Assembly (NCBI GenBank): GCA_964626665.1
Contig: CAZVGK010000013.1
Location: 15,628 to 79,627 of the forward strand
Length of the DNA stretch: 64,000 nucleotides
Direction: 5' to 3'
From: an uncultured Gemmatimonadota bacterium
GTDB lineage: Bacteria; SM23-81; DAOVCL01
Shown here one piece after another: positions 57,815 through 64,000 of this stretch; the stretch's first letter is position 1, and every line of letters begins with the position of its first letter. The notes under the pieces were generated by a model. The model did no database searches. It saw only the letters and a program-made list of their open reading frames with translations, and was not told the origin of the DNA. Position numbers and translations under genes: made by a program.

Positions 57815-57849
57815 CAATAAAATACCAATCTGTAAATTGTAATGTGACC

Positions 57850-58070
57850 TCAGTAATAACTTACTACTTCGCTTAATCGCTTGGCGAGTGGTTTTGCCAA
57901 TCTTCTTGTAATCTCGGATATCTCTAAGCCTATTATCTGATTTCCTGCGTCATATTCTATCCTCACGTCTTCTTCTATCTCTTCTGAGTCTACAGAAACT
58001 CCCTTTCTCAAAGAGACATACAATATATCCATCTCTTCATCAAACCATACCTTATCTTATTTTCACCCAT
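57850..58070 (-). pseudogene. DUF2283 domain protein, probable -1 frameshift near the N-terminus
   Basis: ATG 58070 gives MGENKI; KVWFDEEMDILYVSL...IIGLEI continues in another frame (total length 221 nt). Confidence 0.65.
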
Positions 58071-58075
58071 TTTGC

Positions 58076-59650
58076 TTAAGGCCATCCTAATAACCGCGGC
58101 TCCTTCTTATAGACGACATCGATTACGGTTCCATCAACCCATTGAATAGCAGCTACTACCTTATCTCTGTCAACCTTTGGGGGGGAGGGTGGGCCTCCAC
58201 AGATGCGCTCTGCCTCCTCCTTTATCTCCTCTATTGGCCTTATGGGGAGGGAGGAACCCTTAACTGATTCTATAAGGTCCTCCCGCCGGGGGTTGATGGC
58301 GATCCCCCTCTCGGTGACCACCACATCGATCAGCTCCCCCGGGCCACAGAGGGTGGTTACCTTATCCACGATGACCGGGATTCTGCTCCTAAAGGAGGGC
58401 ATAGCCAGTATGGCACACTTAGAGAAGAGGCAATCCTGCCATCCGCCAATGCCGTGGAGGAGCAGGCCATCGGAGTGGGTGACCACATTGGCATTGAAGT
58501 TGACATCCACTTCTGTGGCCCCCAGGATGACCACATCTACCATACTGGCGAAGTTGCCTTTGCCATGGTAGTTATAGCTGGTAAAGGGGCTGGTCCAGAC
58601 ATGATGGGGGTTCTCCCGCATAGATCTAATCCCTTCCAGGTCAAATGTCTGTCCATCAAGGATATAGTCGGTTAAGCCCTCCTCTAAGAGTTTCACCAAA
58701 TAGCTGGTGCTCCCTCCCCGCACAAACCTGGCCTTGACCTTAGCCTCCTTCATTAACTCCTTTAAATAGATGACAAAAGCCAAGCTTGTCCCCCCCGCAC
58801 CTGCCTGAAAGGAGAACCCATCCCTCATAATCCCCGCCTCCTTGATGAAGCGGGCTGTTAACTCTGCGGCTACAAGGTTGGCGGGGCTTTTGGTTATCCT
58901 GGTGGTCCCGGAGATGATCTTCTCCGGGTCGCCAATTTCATCCATCACCACGACCCAGTCCACATAATTCCCGTGGATCTGCCAGGGTATGCAGGGGAAA
59001 GGGGTTAAATTATCCGTCACGATGATGACCTTATCTGCATAGATGGCATCGGCAAGGGCAAATCCCAACAATCCGCAGGCGGAGTCACCATAGAGGGCGT
59101 TCGCATTACCAAAGGGATCGGCGGTGGGGGCAGCGATCACCGCTATGTCTATGTGCAGATCGGCATCCTGGATGGCCCGGTATCTGCCGCCATGGGAGCG
59201 CAGGATCCCCTGGCCTTTCATCTTCCCGTAGGTGCAAAATTCTCCCAGGGGGCCGTTCATACTCCCCTCGATGTGATGGATCACCCCAGATTCGAGGTGT
59301 TTGATAAGAGGAGAGTGACAAGGGAAGGAGGCCGATGGAAACCATCTTATGTCCTTTATCCCCATCTCGGCAATGGTATCAAAGAGGAAATTGGTTACCT
59401 TATCCCCATCTCGGAAATGGTGATGGGTAGAGATCGTCATCCCATCTCTGATGCCCGCTTTCTTCAAGGTCTCCCGCAGGTTGCCCACGACCTTATTGCC
59501 GTCCTTGGGATATTGGGCACAGCTACGAATGGGTGGGGCGGCCTTCTGCCCTTGAGGGATGTATTTGCCTACCCCCTGGAAAGGGATCACCTTCTTTCCA
59601 TTTACCTCCTCGGGTATCCATCTGCCGAGGGCGTTATTTTCCCCCTTCAT
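58076..59650 (-). CDS. citF: Citrate lyase alpha subunit / citrate CoA-transferase
   Basis: GMTISTHHHFRDGD, RSHGGR, FSFQAGAGG, ILGATEVD..FN.NV.T.SDG...GIGG..D, VVTERGIAINP. Confidence 0.93.
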   Translation of the reverse strand: MKGENNALGRWIPEEVNGKKVIPFQGVGKYIPQGQKAAPPIRSCAQYPKDGNKVVGNLRETLKKAGIRDGMTISTHHHFRDGDKVTNFLFDTIAEMGIKDIRWFPSASFPCHSPLIKHLESGVIHHIEGSMNGPLGEFCTYGKMKGQGILRSHGGRYRAIQDADLHIDIAVIAAPTADPFGNANALYGDSACGLLGFALADAIYADKVIIVTDNLTPFPCIPWQIHGNYVDWVVVMDEIGDPEKIISGTTRITKSPANLVAAELTARFIKEAGIMRDGFSFQAGAGGTSLAFVIYLKELMKEAKVKARFVRGGSTSYLVKLLEEGLTDYILDGQTFDLEGIRSMRENPHHVWTSPFTSYNYHGKGNFASMVDVVILGATEVDVNFNANVVTHSDGLLLHGIGGWQDCLFSKCAILAMPSFRSRIPVIVDKVTTLCGPGELIDVVVTERGIAINPRREDLIESVKGSSLPIRPIEEIKEEAERICGGPPSPPKVDRDKVVAAIQWVDGTVIDVVYKKEPRLLGWP

Positions 59651-59700
59651 CTCCTTCCTTCCTAATAGAAATCAGCGGTCAGTTGTCAGTATTTTCCCTG

Positions 59701-60930
59701 TTAACTGTTGGAGGCTATTTTACCTGTAGTTGCCCTCCAATTTTCGGTGATTTTGCCATACAATATAGCGAGTTTTAAGGTTCTTTGGGCGCGCTTCGCC
59801 ACCGGTGGGTCTATCATCTTGTTCCCCAAGGCGACAACCCCAGAACCCCTCCTCTGGGCATCCTCCAAAGCTAAAACGATCCGTTGGGCTCTCTCGATTT
59901 CCCCCTGGGTAGGGGCAAAGCCATCGTTGATGATTTGGATCTGCCGGGGATGGATGCAACCTTTGCCCTCAAAGCCCAAGGATTTTGCCTCTAAGACGCT
60001 TTCCTTGAGCCCCTCCTGGTCCGTGAGGTCTGAGAAGACGCTGTCGATGGGCTGAATTCCCGCTGCTTTGGCGGCAATTACTACCTCCTCTCTGGCCAGA
60101 AAGCTCTCCCTTCCTTCCTTTGTGCGCGCCGCGCCAATATCGGCAGTGAAATCCTCCAGCCCGATGGTCAGGGCCACAACGGTTGGCGCGGCAGTGGCGA
60201 TCTCATAGGCGTTAACTACTCCCAGGGCGCTCTCTATTATGGGCATCAGATAGATTTCATTCTCTACCCCGTGCTGGGCGCTTAGCTCGCGAATTTTGCC
60301 CTCAATCTCTTTGGCCGTCTCCGGGCGCTCACATTTTGGGATGAGGATGGTATGGACCCTGTGGGGGACTATGAAGGGAAGATCAGCAAGCCCTGAGGGC
60401 AATTGATTTATACGCACCATCCTCTCTGCCCCCAAAAAGTCCACCTCCCGCAAGGCATTTCTCACTATGAACCTGGCCGCGCCCTTCTCCGCAGGGGCCA
60501 CGCTGTCCTCGAGATCCAGGATAACTGCATCTGGTTTATAGAGGCCGGCGTTGATGATCAGCCGCGGTTGGTCCCCAGGGACATAGAGCCTACTGCGTCT
60601 AAGGCGATCTCTGGCTACTGGATAGAGATTTTGAGGGATGACCTCAGCAAGAAACTCTTCCTTCTTCTCCGGGAGACATTTTTTAATCGCATATTCCAGT
60701 CTTGCCTTTAAGCCAAAGGGGAAGGCCCCACCATCATCTATATAAACCCGCGCATTCTCCACTCTAAAGAACTCCATCATCTCCCTGGCCAGGTTCCTTA
60801 TCTGCTCCCCATACATCGATTCCACCTTGCTTCTCAGCTCAACCTCGATACCACCGTCCTTGGTAATCTCCAGCCTCACAAAGCAATCTGCTGATGTGTT
60901 TTTTCTGCCAACCTCTGCTGTAATCGACAT
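59701..60930 (-). CDS. citE: Fused citrate lyase acyl-carrier (CitD) and lyase beta (CitE) protein
   Basis: The N-terminal ~85 aa are CitD-like (TSADC, SKVESMYG.QI, DDGGA....KARL). Then RRSRLYVPG, ILDLEDSV, IIESALG, GLEDF, GKGCIHPRQI. Confidence 0.88.
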   Translation of the reverse strand: MSITAEVGRKNTSADCFVRLEITKDGGIEVELRSKVESMYGEQIRNLAREMMEFFRVENARVYIDDGGAFPFGLKARLEYAIKKCLPEKKEEFLAEVIPQNLYPVARDRLRRSRLYVPGDQPRLIINAGLYKPDAVILDLEDSVAPAEKGAARFIVRNALREVDFLGAERMVRINQLPSGLADLPFIVPHRVHTILIPKCERPETAKEIEGKIRELSAQHGVENEIYLMPIIESALGVVNAYEIATAAPTVVALTIGLEDFTADIGAARTKEGRESFLAREEVVIAAKAAGIQPIDSVFSDLTDQEGLKESVLEAKSLGFEGKGCIHPRQIQIINDGFAPTQGEIERAQRIVLALEDAQRRGSGVVALGNKMIDPPVAKRAQRTLKLAILYGKITENWRATTGKIASNS

Positions 60931-61050
60931 ACCTATCTCCTCATTCCCTGAGACATATGCCCCCTCATTCTCCTACATCCCATAACGGGATTGTGTGTGG
61001 TAACCGATATATTCCCTAACAGGGAGTAGATAAGCTGATTTGGGCAATAC

Positions 61051-61124
61051 GATAAGGGAGCTGTTGACCTGCTGTGGAATGCCAAACTCCTAAGGCAATT
61101 GGCAAAGTTAAAACGCTGTTAGGT
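61051..61124 (-). other. Degenerate attC
   Basis: Minus strand ACCTAAC-AGCGTTTTAACTTTGC... with only a weakly matching right arm (GCAGGTCAACAGCT). Confidence 0.45.
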
Positions 61125-61240
61125 GGTCTGCCTCTCATTTCTATTTTAGTTCAATTTCTATTAGTTCCCCCGTTTCTTTAACAATTTTCCCAGCCCATTC
61201 TATCCTTTGTTCAGGCAAGTCTAAGTAAATCTAAATAAAC

Positions 61241-61471
61241 TCATTCTCTGTCCTCTCTTAGTCGGTTGACATACTCTTGAGCATCTTCTCCGTTCCATAA
61301 GCCTTTTCCAAACCCATAAAGTTCACCCCAGTCGAGATACTCCTTTTTGGCAAGTCCTTTTTCTCTCAATTGACGAACAAGCCTCTCCACTAATTCCAAC
61401 TGCTCCTCGGGAGAAAGCCTCTCAGCTTCTTTCCCGATCTTTTTTAATATGGTTCGCATCTTCCCCTCCAT
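61241..61471 (-). CDS. Small hypothetical protein, antitoxin-like
   Basis: LSPEEQLELVERL...GKGLW.GEDAQEYVNRLRED. No intact toxin follows. Confidence 0.65.
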   Translation of the reverse strand: MEGKMRTILKKIGKEAERLSPEEQLELVERLVRQLREKGLAKKEYLDWGELYGFGKGLWNGEDAQEYVNRLREDRE

Positions 61472-61521
61472 TTCAACACTTCCTACTCATTATTTCTGTT
61501 GTTGCTGCATAAATATTTGTA

Positions 61522-61620
61522 TGCTTATCGTTCCCAGCATATACGACGTTGCGACCGAAGGGAGCAATGTCCCGAAGGGCAAGGGCGTCAGCCCGCAGCG
61601 CATATGCTGCGTTATATGAA
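61522..61620 (-). other. attC site downstream of the type III Res gene (right core GTT>GAT)
   Basis: Minus strand CATATAAC-GCAGCATATGC...GTCGTATATGCTGGGAAC-GATAAGC, 15 nt after the Res stop codon. Confidence 0.65.
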
Positions 61621-61634
61621 GTGGCGGTATCATT

Positions 61635-64000
61635 TTATCTTCTCTGGGCAGAAACTAATTCTTCAATGCTTTTAAATCTGTATTTTTCAAAATCTACCTG
61701 ATCAACTCTTATAAAAGACCATTTACTTTTCATTAAGTTAATTGCATCCTCGCACCATAATATTATCCTTTTATCTTTGTGCTCTACCTCTATATCTTCT
61801 CTACCTTTTGTTTCAATGATTGTGTGTTCATCTTTATTAGTTAACACGACAAAATCTGGATAATAAAGCCTAAGGTTACCATCCGAATCTCTATATTCTA
61901 CAAAGAACCCTATTTTAGGAACGATTTTACTGAAAGCCTCTACATCCTCAGCTCCATCTAAAAATTTGGCAAAATCTACCTCAAAATCATTATCACATGG
62001 CACATAGTTAAAAATGCATCTATTGGCAGGATAAACCAATTTTGACCATACAAAAGGTCTCGTATCCGAGAGTTTTATAGTATCCCTCTTTTCAGGTTCT
62101 CTTTCGGTGAAAGTCATATCTCTGAATGCAGTTACAAACAAATTTATCAATTGTTCCTGAACATCAGGGGAACTCAACTTGTAAAGAACTCTGGGGTCTT
62201 CAAGATCAACTTTCTCAGTAAACAATTTTTTCACAACATATTTTTTTATCACAGGATAAAAACTCGCAAAAGCACCACCGATTTTTAGTTGCTTAAGTAT
62301 CTGGTCGGTATAATAGGCAATTACGCTTTTAGAATCCTGAGGCACAGGTAAATCCCATTTTCTCTTTATAACTTCCATCCCTTTGAGCATATCTATAGCC
62401 ACATATTTCATCTCTATAATCTTATTTTCTAAAGGAATGGAAAGAGTTGGTAAGTTGTCAATCTCTATTCCATCTAAATAAAATTCTCTTATGAGAATTC
62501 TTGGACTCAGGATCGCTATTTCAATATCCTTATCTAATTTATTTTCATCTACAAATATGGTGGTTAGATTAAGCGACTTCCCAGTGTCAAACTCGGCAAA
62601 CTTTATACCTTCCTGATTTTCTAATTCTTCAAGAATATCTATCAGTCCTGGAGGGCCAATGACCTCAAGAACATTTACAGATTTGTCTATATTTGCATCC
62701 TCCTCTGGAAACATTTTCCTTAAGCCTCTCCCAATGACTTGTTCTGGAAGCACCTTTCTTTTCGAAGTATAAGATCTCAATCCCACAATCACATTTACAT
62801 TCCTCACATCCCAACCCTCGTTTAACATCAATGTACTTACTATTGCTTCATAGGGATTTTTTTCAGGGTCAGGGCCATCAATAGTCTTTGCAAACTCTCT
62901 TGCCTTGGGCAAGTCTGCTTTTTTTACCTCTCCGGTACTGTCTGTATGTATCAGTAATACTTTATCTTTAAGGTCTGGAACAGCAGAGTTCACATACCCA
63001 AATATTTCGTCTGCCTCCTTGTTCTCAGGGCATTGAAAGAACAGCACAGGCTTTTTTGATAATGGTTTTAGTGCCTTTTTGTATTCTCGCCATCTTCTTA
63101 TCCCAGCATCAATCCACGCCCTATATCTCTCAACGGCTTTAGTTGAGGCAATCTCGGAAGCATCTTTGACGATACCCTTTAGCGGTAATTTTACGATGTT
63201 CATTTCAATGGCTTCCTTGAGTGAGAAATCCACGATAATCCATGGGAATAATGCCCCGGTTTCGGTTTTAGGCGTAGCCGAGAAATCAAGTTCCATATTT
63301 ATGCCTTTCCCATATTGAGAAGCTAAATCTTTGTTAAGCTCCAAAAGTATCTTCTTCCATGCCTTTTCAAAGCTGTATATATGATGGGCTTCATCTTTCA
63401 AAATCATTATATTTGAGCAGGAGGTCAAAACCTCTTTTATTCTGTTTTCCTGATAAATATCAGAAACATTATAAACCTCGGGCAATTCCATAACTTTATC
63501 TACATACTCTTCTACTTCTTTCTTTTTGCTCTGCCTTTGTTCTAACTGCTGAATATTGGTTAAAAATAGTACCCCTTCAGGGATGACATGGATTGGGTCT
63601 TCTTTAAGGATTACTTTTAGGTCAAAATCTTCCTGCCATTCTTTTGGAATTAGCGGCAATTCTCTAGATATTTTCCCATCCTTGAAATCTCTTGTGAGCC
63701 TGTCATAAATGACATTTTTCTCTCCAGCAATGAGCAAGAATTTAGAGGTATAGTCGTCTTTGTTTTCCTTCCTATGGTTAAAATAAGACCAAATTACTGC
63801 TAATGCCATCACAAAGGTCTTACCTGAACCGGTTGCCATTTTGAAGGCGTAAAGAGGATATTGATCATAAGAGGGGTCATACCCTTGTATGGGTCCTGCT
63901 CCAAAATCACTTGCCATGTCTATAAAGTTGCGCTTTTTCATTGCTTCGTAAGCATAAATCAGCGTTTCAATCGCTTCCCTTTGGCAGAACCAAAACTCAA
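61635..64000 (-). CDS. Type III restriction enzyme Res subunit (5' end beyond the window)
   Basis: The frame is open to the window edge (FWFCQREAIETLIY). FKMATGSGKT, DEAHH, FSATP, MLNEGWD, YYPDF..IIETKG nuclease motif. Confidence 0.92.
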   Translation of the reverse strand, partial: EFWFCQREAIETLIYAYEAMKKRNFIDMASDFGAGPIQGYDPSYDQYPLYAFKMATGSGKTFVMALAVIWSYFNHRKENKDDYTSKFLLIAGEKNVIYDRLTRDFKDGKISRELPLIPKEWQEDFDLKVILKEDPIHVIPEGVLFLTNIQQLEQRQSKKKEVEEYVDKVMELPEVYNVSDIYQENRIKEVLTSCSNIMILKDEAHHIYSFEKAWKKILLELNKDLASQYGKGINMELDFSATPKTETGALFPWIIVDFSLKEAIEMNIVKLPLKGIVKDASEIASTKAVERYRAWIDAGIRRWREYKKALKPLSKKPVLFFQCPENKEADEIFGYVNSAVPDLKDKVLLIHTDSTGEVKKADLPKAREFAKTIDGPDPEKNPYEAIVSTLMLNEGWDVRNVNVIVGLRSYTSKRKVLPEQVIGRGLRKMFPEEDANIDKSVNVLEVIGPPGLIDILEELENQEGIKFAEFDTGKSLNLTTIFVDENKLDKDIEIAILSPRILIREFYLDGIEIDNLPTLSIPLENKIIEMKYVAIDMLKGMEVIKRKWDLPVPQDSKSVIAYYTDQILKQLKIGGAFASFYPVIKKYVVKKLFTEKVDLEDPRVLYKLSSPDVQEQLINLFVTAFRDMTFTEREPEKRDTIKLSDTRPFVWSKLVYPANRCIFNYVPCDNDFEVDFAKFLDGAEDVEAFSKIVPKIGFFVEYRDSDGNLRLYYPDFVVLTNKDEHTIIETKGREDIEVEHKDKRIILWCEDAINLMKSKWSFIRVDQVDFEKYRFKSIEELVSAQRR

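Noticed and set aside
98-63318. Numerous short antisense or overlapping ORFs in the track (e.g. 473..871, 2447..2830, 31500..31766, 37238..37609, 44372..44980, 59153..59665)
   Set aside because: They are shadows of well-supported genes on the opposite strand or frame, or read through repeats and attC sites, and show no recognisable motifs.

Overview
Bacterial genomic DNA (about 50% GC) from a diderm organism (LptD, LapA/LapB). A secreted protein with a FlgD/T9SS-like C-terminal tail suggests an FCB-related candidate lineage such as Zixibacteria/KSB1/TA06; this is inference only. (1) Positions 1-31.4 kb are one large acyl-CoA / branched-chain amino acid catabolic cluster: two acyl-CoA dehydrogenases, two B12 mutase large subunits with different specificity residues and one B12-binding subunit, two three-part biotin carboxylases, epimerase, CoA-transferase, Ala dehydrogenase, Met gamma-lyase, an archaeal-type HMG-CoA synthase/thiolase/DUF35 trio, crotonases, 3-hydroxyacyl-CoA dehydrogenase and a second thiolase. 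(2) Positions 31.4-39.2 kb are a decayed integron-like region: an intI C-terminal remnant, attC sites, a duplicated CPBP cassette, toxin-antitoxin pairs, type III RM and IS200 remnants, and a candidate PD-(D/E)xK nuclease cassette. (3) Positions 39.3-61 kb carry envelope and housekeeping genes (lptD, ROK kinase, trmO, mutS, lapAB, miaB, citDE-citF). (4) Positions 61-64 kb hold a second attC-bearing stretch with a type III Res gene. The most striking unexplained pattern is a recurring cassette in which a four-helix-bundle (23S rRNA IVS protein / bAvd-like) gene is bracketed by mutually inverted arrays of 7-9 bp tandem repeats. It occurs as 3 intact copies, 3 gene remnants and 2 empty copies, uses at least five different repeat units, and mostly sits at stop-codon/RBS junctions inside operons. 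No rRNA, tRNA, CRISPR array or reverse transcriptase was recognised.
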